Shown here piece by piece: positions 48,151-58,546 of a DNA stretch of 64,000 nucleotides; position 1 is the stretch's first letter; each line of letters opens with the position of its first letter. The translations under genes and the position numbers were made by a program. A model generated the notes under the pieces. The model saw only the letters and a program-made list of their open reading frames with translations. It was not told where the DNA came from and did not search any database. Source of the stretch: Escherichia phage vB_EcoM_EC001; sequence record MN445185.1. One strand, 5' to 3'.

Positions 48151-50895
48151 TTAGAGGACGTTGTCTGGGTTGTCGTCGGTAGTTCCTTCACCACCTTCTG
48201 TGCCTTCCGTTCCCTCGGTAGTTGTTTCCGTGGTTTCGGTCGACTCAGTCGTTTCCCCTGTACTATCCCCGTCGGTTCCGTTATCCGTATCGAAATCGAG
48301 GTCTAAATCATCGTCACCCCCACCACCGAGATCTCCTTCGCCACCACCGGTGTCACCGCCCGCATCAAAACCACCGCTGAATCCGCCAGCAGATTCGTTA
48401 GGGTCAAGGTCAGCATTTTTCGCCAACGTTTCCAGACGACCTGTAAAACGTTTCGCCAACTGAATCAGCGTCTTCGAAGCAGCCATCGCTTCATCAGTCA
48501 TCATGGTGATGTTGTCTTGACGAGATTTATCGTCGTAAACCAGATCGAAGAAGTCAGTTTCAATGCCTTGTTTACGCAGCCAGTTGCGCGTATAGAAGGA
48601 TTTGATCATCGTCTTCAGATCGTTCGGGTCCATCGAGATGCCTTCTTGCTGGAGTTGCGCAGCAATGTCATCCGTTACAACCAGATCAGCCAGCTTCTCA
48701 AAGAACTCCGTACGTTTATCGAACAGCTCCATCTGCGAAGCTGCTGCAGAGGTGTCTGGCGGTGGTAAGGTTACTTTCATACCGTTGATAAACGCAGCCA
48801 GGTACTCAGAGACCTTTTTCGTAATCTGGTCAGTAGTCATCCCATTGCCGTTAGCATTGATATACTCTGCAATGATTTTAATCATCGCTGATTGCAACGA
48901 CGGGGAGGCCAACATCCCATTAACTACGTAACGTGTCAGTGGCTTAGAGAGAATCTCTTGCTTCTTAACAACTTGTTGCGTGACCAGCAACGATTTAGAG
49001 AAAATCTGTGAAGCGAATTCGATGTTCTCGGGGGTCATTACCAGGTCGGGGTCAACGCCAGCGATGTGACAAGTGCGACGTAACAGACCTTCGTCGAAAT
49101 CCTTATCCGGGTATTTATAATCCGGCGTAGTATCCGACACAGACACTTTGGTACTACCGTAGTAGTCGTTACCAATAACGTTAAACGCAATACCTGCGTT
49201 TGTCGTCATTGCCCAGGTGTCGTTCATGTCCCCCCACATCGGTTGACGACGGTTATAGGAGTTCATGATGTCTGTTTTCAGCTGGTCAATTGTTTTCTGA
49301 CCGTTCATGTCGTCTGGTGCCAACTCAATGTCGTACTGCATGTGACGTGCAGAGTTCAACACCGCAGAGTTCATGGTAGCGAACAACAGCGCCATACGGA
49401 CAGTAGAGATAACGAACGAGCGTTCGGTAATAGACACACCGATACCATCTTCATCAAAGTCCGTGGCAAAATAGCAAAGGTTTTCCGCAGGAATATAGAT
49501 AACCTGCGTGTGGCGTTTTGCCAGATGGCGCGCCAGCATGATACGGCTGAACGTTTCGGTTACCGTCATGCTAATCTCAGCACCACCCAACGCCTCACCC
49601 AACGCTTTTGTCAGCTGGTCTTCAGCAATCTCACCATAACGCGCTGTTAAGCGGTTAGCAATGTCTGGTGTGATTCGGGTTGTGTTGCCCATCCCCAGAT
49701 TCGCGCGGTTGATTGTCGAATCTACCATACCGTCGTTGTTCAGGTAGTTCATGAAGTTCGCATCCCCGTAAAGTGTGGAACGCGAGTTAATGAAGTTACC
49801 CATTTCGTCAACGATGGCCAGATAACCTATGGGGTTACGAACATCGTCACCGATAACGAGTGGGAGTGTGGACTCTGCTGGCAGTAATCGTTCCGTGTAT
49901 TCGATTTTGTTGGCATCGGAGAAACTCATCTTCGGTACTTCGCCGTAAAGCTTTTGCTCAGGCGTTTTCTGGTACGCTTCGTTGAGGTCGCCGATGTTGA
50001 TTAAACCGAGTTTTGCCTTCTCTTGTTCACTGTCTGTGAACTGGTCAGCGTTATACTCTGACGCACCTGTCGGCGTAGAAGGTTGTTCATATGCGTACTG
50101 CTCTAACTGACCGAACAGGCCGGTGCGAGCATTCTCCTGTGCTACACGGCGATAAGCCTCCGGTAGCAGGGTAATACGCGGGTTGTCGGTGATAACGATA
50201 TCCAGGGAAGCTAACATACCGTCTGCTTTAAACGGACTGTTAGGGGCTGCTGCAAAGTTAAGTTTAATGGTTTGTGGCTTGGTGGGCTTGTCAGCTCCAC
50301 GTGCACGACCCAGAATACTTTCTACACCAACCTTCGGTTTGTTCTCACCACCAATCTTGCCTAAAATACCCAACTGACGTTCAAAGAAGTCAGATTGGCT
50401 ACGGCGCAACGATTCGGTTGCAACAGACGGCTTTAAGCCGAAGAGTTCATCGAATCCGGTATCTGAAATCAGCAACACCGGGCTCGCGCCTTTGGATTTC
50501 AGTGCATCGTAAATCCACTGATACAGTTTGTTGGGTAACTGGCGCGTGTGGTCATGGAATTCACGCACAGGTTCCAACAACTGTTGACGCAGGTCGATCG
50601 GGATATCAGCCACGTTGTCGTAAATCAGCGTGGTGTTAATCAAATCTTTTGTGGACAGGAGTGAGGAGGTCGCGATGGTAACAATGACCTCTAACTCAGG
50701 GAGCGCATCAAAGATACGTTCGGCATTTTTAACGGTGCGAATGCGGCTACTCGCAATGCCCGTGAGTTCTGTACGGGTTGGTGTAACGCCACCATCTTCA
50801 CGCTTACCGCGTTGCTGCTGAGCCGACGGGCTCGTGGACTTACGCAGTATGGCAGCTACCGCGGGGTCGCCCGTTAATTTACTAATATCTTCCAT
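48151..50895 (-). CDS. hypothetical large protein with acidic Gly/Asp/Thr/Glu-rich C-terminal tail, possibly virion structural (914 aa)
   Basis: Long ORF; GGAG SD on minus strand. Confidence 0.8.
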   Translation of the reverse strand: MEDISKLTGDPAVAAILRKSTSPSAQQQRGKREDGGVTPTRTELTGIASSRIRTVKNAERIFDALPELEVIVTIATSSLLSTKDLINTTLIYDNVADIPIDLRQQLLEPVREFHDHTRQLPNKLYQWIYDALKSKGASPVLLISDTGFDELFGLKPSVATESLRRSQSDFFERQLGILGKIGGENKPKVGVESILGRARGADKPTKPQTIKLNFAAAPNSPFKADGMLASLDIVITDNPRITLLPEAYRRVAQENARTGLFGQLEQYAYEQPSTPTGASEYNADQFTDSEQEKAKLGLINIGDLNEAYQKTPEQKLYGEVPKMSFSDANKIEYTERLLPAESTLPLVIGDDVRNPIGYLAIVDEMGNFINSRSTLYGDANFMNYLNNDGMVDSTINRANLGMGNTTRITPDIANRLTARYGEIAEDQLTKALGEALGGAEISMTVTETFSRIMLARHLAKRHTQVIYIPAENLCYFATDFDEDGIGVSITERSFVISTVRMALLFATMNSAVLNSARHMQYDIELAPDDMNGQKTIDQLKTDIMNSYNRRQPMWGDMNDTWAMTTNAGIAFNVIGNDYYGSTKVSVSDTTPDYKYPDKDFDEGLLRRTCHIAGVDPDLVMTPENIEFASQIFSKSLLVTQQVVKKQEILSKPLTRYVVNGMLASPSLQSAMIKIIAEYINANGNGMTTDQITKKVSEYLAAFINGMKVTLPPPDTSAAASQMELFDKRTEFFEKLADLVVTDDIAAQLQQEGISMDPNDLKTMIKSFYTRNWLRKQGIETDFFDLVYDDKSRQDNITMMTDEAMAASKTLIQLAKRFTGRLETLAKNADLDPNESAGGFSGGFDAGGDTGGGEGDLGGGGDDDLDLDFDTDNGTDGDSTGETTESTETTETTTEGTEGTEGGEGTTDDNPDNVL

Positions 50896-50906
50896 TGGGG
50901 TCTCCG

Positions 50907-53090
50907 ATGCAGAGATTTAACATTTTTCGTGACCAGGCTATCCAGTTAGCGAAATCCCTGATTGTCAAATCAGAGAGCATCGCACAACAGATGAACCTGG
51001 CAATAACCAAAAACGGCGGTTTCGTTTCCGAGAACCGTGAGACGTGGCGGTATTACCTACACTTAGCAGGTAAACGACATGCAATCGACAAGCCGATATA
51101 CATTACGTCACTCGACACGCAAGAGCAGATAGAGTTAACGACGCAGAACCTCTCCCGTCATAAAAAGACCTCAAACGTATATCGTTCTAACCCGGAGTAT
51201 ATCGACGACTTAATCGCCGAGTATCCGGACTACGCAGTATATATTCGAGGCACTTTCAATCCGATTGATATTGCATACGCGATACGTGTCGATGACTGCT
51301 CAATTTTGTATTACGATCCTGCTTTAGTTGAACCGCAGGAGACGTCGTTAATTACACATATTGAGAACTTTATTCGTGCGGCACATGTGCGGTTCATGGC
51401 CGATGGCTGGAAAGTTCACAACGACTGTTTCGTACTGGCCTTTTACATGCAACAGTACCCGGTGTGGCCGGGGCTTATCATGTACATCCGCAAACGGTTA
51501 CAGTTTACGACCGAAACGCACTCCTACTACGTGACCGAGTTCTTGGCTTCACACCAAGAACTGCACGAGTTCATGCCGTACCTGACCCTCAAGCAGAAAT
51601 TCACACTGTATCGCAATATCCGTTACTGGGAACGTAACTCTGGTAAGGAAGAAATCTTTACCTGGATGATTGACACCCTGCTGACGGGTTGGGGTATGCC
51701 TGCTGTTGGATATAAGGTCGCCCAGCAGATTCACGACCCGACGACGGGCAGTGATGATGACCTGACACCACTCCCGATCGGCTACCAGTCATCGCTTAAC
51801 TATACTGAACGTGACTCGGGTCGTGACCTGGACATTGTTAGCACAACTGACATCATCCGGAAAGAAATCAATCTGGCGTACAATAACCCAGTGCACGAAC
51901 CTGACTATCAGGAAGACCTCGATCGGCGTTTGAGCTTGACGCAGTATCCGAACCTGCCAACGAAGTTAGTTGAGGTAACGGCGATTGACCCAGAGGCCAT
52001 CGAACGTTGGGAATTTATGCATGGCTTGTTCAACGAGTGGATGCATATCGTGGCACGTGGACAGTACAACATTTACCACGAAATTCTTAACCCAACGAAC
52101 GGGGATACGCTAAAGCTCACTTCAAAAGAGCTGCTGGCACTGTTCTTGTATGCGAGCTTCAAAGGTTATTCTGGCGTAGCACTGGATAAGATCCCGGTGT
52201 GGAACGTGTTTGGTGTGTTAATCAAACGCTGGGTTGGTTTTGATGAGATGGAGCAGTATCTGCCAAGCTCATGGCCCGGTCGTTTTAATGCGTTGATTAA
52301 CTATTACACGGACACGCATCATGAAGTTATCGGTAATTTGACGTCTGCAGATGAGTTGTACGATGAAATCAGCGAAATCATGGTGCAGAAGCGTCGTCGT
52401 TACCGTTACTCGTATAATCGACACAAGCTAGCCGACCGTGCTGCCGGCACAATGTTGTTTACCTACCACTACCGTGACTATAAGTGCGATCTTGACCTAC
52501 CTTACCGCGATTACGACGAGTTCTTCAAAACGTTTGGTTTTGATTACAAGTTAGTCTCCGCGGAAACCTGGCAGGACATCGCCACCGACGCTTTAAACGT
52601 GGCCACTAATCTGGAAACACGTGCGTCTGTCTCACAAGCTGAAATACAACGCGCGATGGTGCGGTTAATGACGAAACTCTCGTCGTATACTGTCCATTTT
52701 GCCGCACGTATGGGTTCTGACACCTACGATGTCACCGACCCAGTCATCCCGATTCTGGATGATATTCTCGCAGAGGCTGCCGATACAACAAATATCATTT
52801 ACCCTCTGACAGACGTGCAGCGTGTGAGCCGTAGTTCATTCATGACGACGGATAAGCCCATCCCTGTCGCTCCCGTGATAAAGGAAATGGCAATCCCGCA
52901 ACGTATTAAGTTGCGGATGAATGTCTACCCTGGTATCCGCGTGAAGGTCGAGCAGGATGTTGTGGTCGATATGGTACAGCCGCCTATTGATATTATCCGT
53001 GTGCGGACGTCATTTGAGGAGTGGACGCTTGCCGAGCGCGTGGCCGACCGTGACATGGATGGCTTCCGGTTAGACCAATTACCAAAGTGA
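50907..53090 (+). CDS. hypothetical protein (727 aa)
   Basis: First in-frame ATG (the track start 50895 is a TTG that overlaps the divergent start codon). Confidence 0.8.
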   Translation: MQRFNIFRDQAIQLAKSLIVKSESIAQQMNLAITKNGGFVSENRETWRYYLHLAGKRHAIDKPIYITSLDTQEQIELTTQNLSRHKKTSNVYRSNPEYIDDLIAEYPDYAVYIRGTFNPIDIAYAIRVDDCSILYYDPALVEPQETSLITHIENFIRAAHVRFMADGWKVHNDCFVLAFYMQQYPVWPGLIMYIRKRLQFTTETHSYYVTEFLASHQELHEFMPYLTLKQKFTLYRNIRYWERNSGKEEIFTWMIDTLLTGWGMPAVGYKVAQQIHDPTTGSDDDLTPLPIGYQSSLNYTERDSGRDLDIVSTTDIIRKEINLAYNNPVHEPDYQEDLDRRLSLTQYPNLPTKLVEVTAIDPEAIERWEFMHGLFNEWMHIVARGQYNIYHEILNPTNGDTLKLTSKELLALFLYASFKGYSGVALDKIPVWNVFGVLIKRWVGFDEMEQYLPSSWPGRFNALINYYTDTHHEVIGNLTSADELYDEISEIMVQKRRRYRYSYNRHKLADRAAGTMLFTYHYRDYKCDLDLPYRDYDEFFKTFGFDYKLVSAETWQDIATDALNVATNLETRASVSQAEIQRAMVRLMTKLSSYTVHFAARMGSDTYDVTDPVIPILDDILAEAADTTNIIYPLTDVQRVSRSSFMTTDKPIPVAPVIKEMAIPQRIKLRMNVYPGIRVKVEQDVVVDMVQPPIDIIRVRTSFEEWTLAERVADRDMDGFRLDQLPK

Positions 53091-53097
53091 GAGACTT

Positions 53098-53625
53098 ATG
53101 GGATACCGTATAGATTTATCAAAAACCCCGAAACAGATTCTGGTTGAGAGAATCAATTACGTTTTTAAGTTATCGTATAGTGAAAATAACTACGAGTTTA
53201 ACCCACGTGGGGTGTGGCCGTTAACCCAAGCAGAGCGACGCGCTAAAGGTGTGGAGTCTAAAGTTGCGGCGCGCTTTGTAAATGGGGTACACGGCACTCA
53301 AGAGTTTTACCTGACTCGTGCGGACTTAAACAAGTTACTTAAAGACGTAACGGTTGAAGTCCCGAAGGGTGCGGCAGAATGGAGCCATGAATTAGTTCCG
53401 TATATTGTCGATGAGCTGGGTCTCCAGCTTGACACCTACGATATCATGGTTGAACCGATTACCCCGGAAATGGAATCGTATGAGGCGCGCTTAATCCCGC
53501 ACCATCTATCTTTCAAAGGCACGATTGCGATTACTTTTGTTGACCCAACTCCCCGTAAGCTGGCGCAGCTGGTAACTAAACGGGCACTCGACGGGTTTCG
53601 CCCAGGAGAATTTTTAAATGGCTAA
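53098..53625 (+). CDS. hypothetical protein (175 aa)
   Basis: Tightly packed operon member. Confidence 0.65.
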   Translation: MGYRIDLSKTPKQILVERINYVFKLSYSENNYEFNPRGVWPLTQAERRAKGVESKVAARFVNGVHGTQEFYLTRADLNKLLKDVTVEVPKGAAEWSHELVPYIVDELGLQLDTYDIMVEPITPEMESYEARLIPHHLSFKGTIAITFVDPTPRKLAQLVTKRALDGFRPGEFLNG

Positions 53626-54505
53626 CACCAAAGTTTACGACGGTAAACTGTCAACAGTGACTCTTAACGCGATGCGACTTACGACCGCGCTATTGACAGG
53701 TGCTGACGTGCAGTACCCACAGAAATCCACGATGAATGAGTTTTATAAACTCATGACCGCGAAGGTTCCCGATGGCGCTACACGTCCGCATTTAGGATAC
53801 ATGTGCGTGGGTAACCGTGGTCACATCGTTGATCAGTCTGATGTTGTGGCAGACGTTGTTCCCGTCGCGAAATCCCCGATTGCGTCAGGGATGTTCTCGC
53901 GCGTTCCATTGGTACTGCGTACGTTGGATAATGACTTGTCTGATGAGCAACGTAAACAGTACGCTTTCCGTACTCGTGAAACTATCGGCGCGCGGGATTA
54001 CTGGGCGTATTATCTGAAACGTATCGACATGCGCGCAGTGAAGACCACTGACCTGGATATCACTCGCGAAAACGGTGTTGAAACCGTCAAAGATTTCGTC
54101 TATACCGATGCGGAACTGAACCCGGTACCGAAAGAACTCCCAGACTACGATTACGACGATGACGGCACTGTAGAGATCCCCGACGGTCGTTATGTTGAAT
54201 CGGGCGCAGACCTGGTGATTCCATGGACTGAGTTTGATGTTCAGGAATACATGAACGTGACGGCGATTCTACGTGGTACGCCACGCAGTTCGATTATCTC
54301 TGAAATTGCGCTGTGCTCTGGCGTTGATACCCCTGAAACGGGTGAGTCGGCTACCGGTTCACAGTTCAGCTACGACGAAGCTATCGGTGTGCAGGCGTTG
54401 TACTACATCTCCCTGTTCACTAACCTGGCACAGACCAACGATCGTCTGTCACTGACCATCCGTATCGGCCAGCCGGCACCGTGGTTCTTAGGGACAGCTA
54501 ACTGA
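53618..54505 (+). CDS. hypothetical protein (295 aa)
   Basis: AGGAGAA SD; overlaps upstream gene end. Confidence 0.7.
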   Translation: MANTKVYDGKLSTVTLNAMRLTTALLTGADVQYPQKSTMNEFYKLMTAKVPDGATRPHLGYMCVGNRGHIVDQSDVVADVVPVAKSPIASGMFSRVPLVLRTLDNDLSDEQRKQYAFRTRETIGARDYWAYYLKRIDMRAVKTTDLDITRENGVETVKDFVYTDAELNPVPKELPDYDYDDDGTVEIPDGRYVESGADLVIPWTEFDVQEYMNVTAILRGTPRSSIISEIALCSGVDTPETGESATGSQFSYDEAIGVQALYYISLFTNLAQTNDRLSLTIRIGQPAPWFLGTAN

Positions 54506-55155
54506 TGCTGATTCCTGAGCCGAGGTTACCCGACAGTATGGTGAGGATTGCGGCTGTTGACCCCGGTACTGCCCATCTTGGGATGGCGGTTATCGACTGG
54601 GAATTTGGCCAACCTCAAGGTGAAGTTGTCTGGGCGGGCACGGCTCATGTTGCGGACCCTACGCACAATGGCTCTTTTGGTGAGTGCGTAGGGAAACGCG
54701 ATGCGCGTTTGGTAGAATTAGAAGAACGCTTTCGTGAGTTTTTAAAACTGGCAAGGCCGACTTTTGTCGCTACCGAAACTCCGTTCATGCGAAGAGCTAA
54801 GCTCTCAGCGTACGAGTCTGGGGTGGAGTTGCAACTGATGTTGCGGCGAACGCTTTGGGACGTGTTTCCCGAAAAATATCTCCATGGGTTTAATCCTATT
54901 ATTGTGAAGTCGTACGTTGGTGTGGAAGCAAAGGGTACAGATAAATCGCATATGCAGCAAGCGGTTACCAAGCTCTACGCTAACCATACCCGGTGCGACT
55001 TATCGGTATTGGATGAACACAGTATCGATGCCGTGGCGGTGGGTAATATCTTCGTCAGGGTCAACTTATTAAACCTAAATAGTCTCCTTCCGCCCAAGGT
55101 TAAAGTTCCTAAAGCTAAGGCTGGTAAGCGGAAAGGAAGACGCCGGAGGAAATAG
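54505..55155 (+). CDS. RuvC-like Holliday junction resolvase (216 aa)
   Basis: N-terminal VRIAAVDPGTAHLGMAV resembles the RuvC catalytic strand; C-terminal DEHSIDAVAVG resembles the RuvC acidic helix; basic tail; alternative start 54538. Confidence 0.6.
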   Translation: MLIPEPRLPDSMVRIAAVDPGTAHLGMAVIDWEFGQPQGEVVWAGTAHVADPTHNGSFGECVGKRDARLVELEERFREFLKLARPTFVATETPFMRRAKLSAYESGVELQLMLRRTLWDVFPEKYLHGFNPIIVKSYVGVEAKGTDKSHMQQAVTKLYANHTRCDLSVLDEHSIDAVAVGNIFVRVNLLNLNSLLPPKVKVPKAKAGKRKGRRRRK

Positions 55156-55157
55156 CG

Positions 55158-55730
55158 ATGTCGCAGTCTTTGCAAGAAGCCTCGACGGATGTGTTGGATG
55201 TTCTTATCCAGGCGGGCACCAATAAATTAAGCCTGGAAGAGAGTAAACGACTAAAAACAGCCGCCCAGACCGCCTTGGGAAGTGATGTTGAAATTGATGT
55301 CACTAAACCTGCTAACGTGATTCTTACTTCTTTACGCCCCCTCATCCTTGAGCAGGTGGGGAACATGGCGAAAACGTTTGAATCGCAAGCAAAAGCCGCC
55401 GTAGAAAGCATGGATGAAAAGCTCGCCAAAGAAACGTTATTGACCCTGTGGCCAAATTTGAAAGGTCCGCAGAAAGTCCTTATCGTTTTGTTGGTGCTGA
55501 CCACTGTGGTGATTACTGGCGTGATGGCCTGGGACACACACCTGCATTATCCACAAGAGTTAACGGATGTGCTGGTTGTGGCGCTCTTACCTTTGTTTGC
55601 TCAGGCCGTGTTCTTTACATGGCCGATTAAGACGCTTGCTTATAACTCGATGGCCATTGGTGCCAAAGTTGTTGAATACAAGCTGAATAAGAGCAACGCG
55701 AAGCAACAGACTACCGCACCTAAAGTGTAA
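55158..55730 (+). CDS. putative membrane protein with two C-terminal TM helices (190 aa)
   Basis: GGAGGA SD; hydrophobic segments KVLIVLLVLTTVVITGVMAW and LVVALLPLFAQAVFF. Confidence 0.65.
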   Translation: MSQSLQEASTDVLDVLIQAGTNKLSLEESKRLKTAAQTALGSDVEIDVTKPANVILTSLRPLILEQVGNMAKTFESQAKAAVESMDEKLAKETLLTLWPNLKGPQKVLIVLLVLTTVVITGVMAWDTHLHYPQELTDVLVVALLPLFAQAVFFTWPIKTLAYNSMAIGAKVVEYKLNKSNAKQQTTAPKV

Positions 55731-55736
55731 TTAAGC

Positions 55737-55777
55737 CCTCTTCTCCTCCGGGGGAAGAGGCTTCTTATTTTTTTTAT
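55737..55777 (+). terminator. rho-independent terminator
   Basis: 10-bp GC-rich stem with UCCG loop then T-rich run. Confidence 0.75.
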
Positions 55778-55827
55778 TACGTCTACGTAAATTACTGTGT
55801 AAGCACGACCCAAAAGGAATATAAAAA

Positions 55828-56466
55828 ATGCAATTACAATTTCGTCAACGGTCTGTACTACTACCGTTTAGCGCTATATTAGGTTCGTTTACCAAAATGC
55901 TGTCTGTGGATTTTACTGCAGCTGAGAAAGAAGCGCTGTTATTGGCGGCAGTCGAAGAAGTATTGTGGGAGGCATTTTACGTAGTGCCGTTTCGTAGCTG
56001 CTTAAACGCCCCGTATGTTGAAGGGCAGTTTGTCAGCGCGCTTTCCGCCGCGATTACCAAACGTAAACTAAATGCCATGGCGCATGTCAAAGAGATCACC
56101 GCGCAACGAGGACGGATATTCGCTGCCGTCAGAAATGTGTTAATTAAAGAAGGGTTTCTTGCAGATGCGTTAGGTCCCGAAGTTCCTTGGGAACCAGGCC
56201 ATCCGCCGCGTCAGTTTGACCACGGGTACAAGTTAAATATAATTATGCCACGCGGTAAGCGTGACGTCTCATTGGGGAAATGGTTACAGATAAGTTGGGT
56301 TCGTCCTACTATCGATTGGCAAGAAATGTCGGTCAATCGCTATCTGGAACACCTGGCAAAAACACCGGCACAGTTTCACCGTTCAACAATCCTGCCGCTA
56401 CACATGCTGTTAAAACCGTCCCTGTCATTGGCAGAAGCCAGATACCTGCTTAGTGGAGAGAAGTGA
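55828..56466 (+). CDS. hypothetical protein (212 aa)
   Basis: AAAGGAA SD. Confidence 0.65.
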   Translation: MQLQFRQRSVLLPFSAILGSFTKMLSVDFTAAEKEALLLAAVEEVLWEAFYVVPFRSCLNAPYVEGQFVSALSAAITKRKLNAMAHVKEITAQRGRIFAAVRNVLIKEGFLADALGPEVPWEPGHPPRQFDHGYKLNIIMPRGKRDVSLGKWLQISWVRPTIDWQEMSVNRYLEHLAKTPAQFHRSTILPLHMLLKPSLSLAEARYLLSGEK

Positions 56467-56948
56467 TGCTTGTTATTAATGTGGTCGAGGATAAGATTCC
56501 CGCGAATGTTTATCCTGAACTGGTTGAATGGGTGCGCGACTTAAACAGTATCCGCGAGGAGCCTATTAAACTCACGATGTTTGTTGAGGATGATATCGTG
56601 CGTGGAATCATGGCATGGGAACCTGGCCATTTGGTCTATATGGTAGTGCCCGAAGAATCGCGGCGGGGCGGTGTCGGCAGATTTATGCTTAAGTATCTTC
56701 AGCAGAACTCCGATCGTAAACACATCAGCTGTCGTGTTCACCCGACCAACATTCCCGCGCTAGGATTCTTTCACCAACAAGGCTTCCAGATTGACCGATG
56801 GTATATTGCTGCTGACGGCCAACGGTATTTTCGTATGACGAACTACAATGTTATTTCGTCACACACGCCACCGGAGGAAAAGCTTTTAACTCATTACGCT
56901 GAAAGCGTTCCCATTTTTCTCTCGATGGCAGAAGGTCATTTCGTCTAA
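56466..56948 (+). CDS. GNAT family N-acetyltransferase (160 aa)
   Basis: Motif A RRGGVGRFMLKYL and motif B NIPALGFFHQQGF; ATG overlaps upstream stop (TGATG). Confidence 0.7.
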   Translation: MLVINVVEDKIPANVYPELVEWVRDLNSIREEPIKLTMFVEDDIVRGIMAWEPGHLVYMVVPEESRRGGVGRFMLKYLQQNSDRKHISCRVHPTNIPALGFFHQQGFQIDRWYIAADGQRYFRMTNYNVISSHTPPEEKLLTHYAESVPIFLSMAEGHFV

Positions 56949-56965
56949 ACGAGCGAGAGTGTATA

Positions 56966-57442
56966 ATGATACGTGTTGCTTACGAAACACGAGATACGGA
57001 TGGAACCCGTATAAACGTCATCCGCCGTGTGGAGCTTGTTCCTCAGCATGAACTGAATATTGCAGACAGTTCGCTTAGGGGCACTCCTGTTAAGATTCTG
57101 AATCTTACGAGACGTTCTTTTCATCACAGTAAGACTTCACCAGCAATACGGTCCAGTAAAAGAAAAAGTTATGCCGATTTAAAACATCGGTTGTCCCGGC
57201 ATTTTCGTCGGAGTGCCTGGAAGGCTTTAGTTGAGATTTTGGTTGACGAACACCTTATCCAGAAGTTGGAATGGGAAGAGGTTCTCAAGGAAGCGGGCTA
57301 TCCAACTAAACCTTTCTCTTATCACTGGCATCACTTCAAAAAACAGTTCCATGATACTTTACAGGTATCGCCAAACACTCGCAACATGATTCACCGTTTG
57401 GAGAAAATGGACTGGCTTCTACCCTATCTGGAAGAGGACTAG
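56966..57442 (+). CDS. hypothetical protein (158 aa)
   Basis: GAGAG SD. Confidence 0.6.
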   Translation: MIRVAYETRDTDGTRINVIRRVELVPQHELNIADSSLRGTPVKILNLTRRSFHHSKTSPAIRSSKRKSYADLKHRLSRHFRRSAWKALVEILVDEHLIQKLEWEEVLKEAGYPTKPFSYHWHHFKKQFHDTLQVSPNTRNMIHRLEKMDWLLPYLEED

Positions 57443-57444
57443 AT

Positions 57445-57834
57445 ATGATGCGTGCTGTATTAGCTGTGTTTATAATTTGCGTTACTACGTCAGTATACGC
57501 GTTTACTGTTCAGGACTTCCCGCAATACAAACCAATGTGGGAAACTGACGCACCTGTGAAATTCAGCGACAAAGATGAACCAGTCGTGTCGGTGGAGAAG
57601 GGTGAGTTTGCCGTGGTCAACTACGGACGTTCTGAACTGTGTCCAGGCGGTGGCTTTTATCTCATTAACACAAAGCGTAAGACGTACCAGCCGATAGATG
57701 CCGGTACGTGTTCGCCGAAAGTTAAAGCGACAATTGTCCCGTCAGTACGAACACATCGCAGCGTTAATACCCACCAGTTAACTTTTTGGGTAGGTAAAGA
57801 AATTTCCGCGCGGTATCCTTTGTACGATTACTAA
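57445..57834 (+). CDS. small secreted or periplasmic protein with N-terminal signal peptide (129 aa)
   Basis: MMRAVLAVFIICVTTSVYA then polar mature region. Confidence 0.6.
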   Translation: MMRAVLAVFIICVTTSVYAFTVQDFPQYKPMWETDAPVKFSDKDEPVVSVEKGEFAVVNYGRSELCPGGGFYLINTKRKTYQPIDAGTCSPKVKATIVPSVRTHRSVNTHQLTFWVGKEISARYPLYDY

Positions 57835-57842
57835 ACACAGCG

Positions 57843-57879
57843 TATAGGGGCTTCGGCCCCTATACTGTTTATTATTTTC
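57843..57879 (+). terminator. rho-independent terminator
   Basis: TATAGGGGC-TTCG-GCCCCTATA hairpin, T-rich tail interrupted. Confidence 0.6.
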
Positions 57880-57924
57880 CTGTGAAGTATTATGACCCCC
57901 TTAATCAAATACCAGGAGCGAGGC

Positions 57925-58542
57925 ATGTCTTTTGTTATTGACTTTAACCACCATCATAGTCAAACCTTGCTCGATTTAGTCAATGCTTTTAATGCTGAAA
58001 CCGTTTATACGCCCCTGACCACAGAACGTATCCGAGTGGAGAGTTATGGTCCACCGGAACCGGACGGTCGTGTAAGTGCTTTGCTGACTAATAAGAGTAA
58101 GCCAGATGACTATGTGGTTGTGCGTTACCGCAAATTGAGCTTAAATGATATAATCACGTTGAAGCCTGAACATCTCACATGGTTTGATTTGTCGAAAGGT
58201 AAACCGGCCGATTTGCGCGTATGGTCTGAACCTGCAATGGCCAGTTTTGAATCGGCGTGTGCAGAACGTGGCATCGTTGTAAGTAAGGCGTGGGAAAACC
58301 CCGCGCAATGCCACGTAGAGTACGACATCCCGACTGATCGATACGTCCTCGTCTATGAATGTGAATCATTTGTTTACGAATCGCGCACACGCATTACGCT
58401 ACCGTACCATATCGGCCAAGACTTAACCAAGACAACGTTGCCTGGTCTGGAATACGACTTGGCTGGTTTCTGGGGGCATAAGCTGTTAGAAGAAGTGACT
58501 ATCACGAAGCTTAACGGTTTTCGTTATCGTGAGTTTGTTTAA
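57925..58542 (+). CDS. hypothetical protein (205 aa)
   Basis: ATG 57925 has AGGAG 6 nt upstream; the track start 57892 has no SD. Confidence 0.65.
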   Translation: MSFVIDFNHHHSQTLLDLVNAFNAETVYTPLTTERIRVESYGPPEPDGRVSALLTNKSKPDDYVVVRYRKLSLNDIITLKPEHLTWFDLSKGKPADLRVWSEPAMASFESACAERGIVVSKAWENPAQCHVEYDIPTDRYVLVYECESFVYESRTRITLPYHIGQDLTKTTLPGLEYDLAGFWGHKLLEEVTITKLNGFRYREFV

Positions 58543-58546
58543 GACA

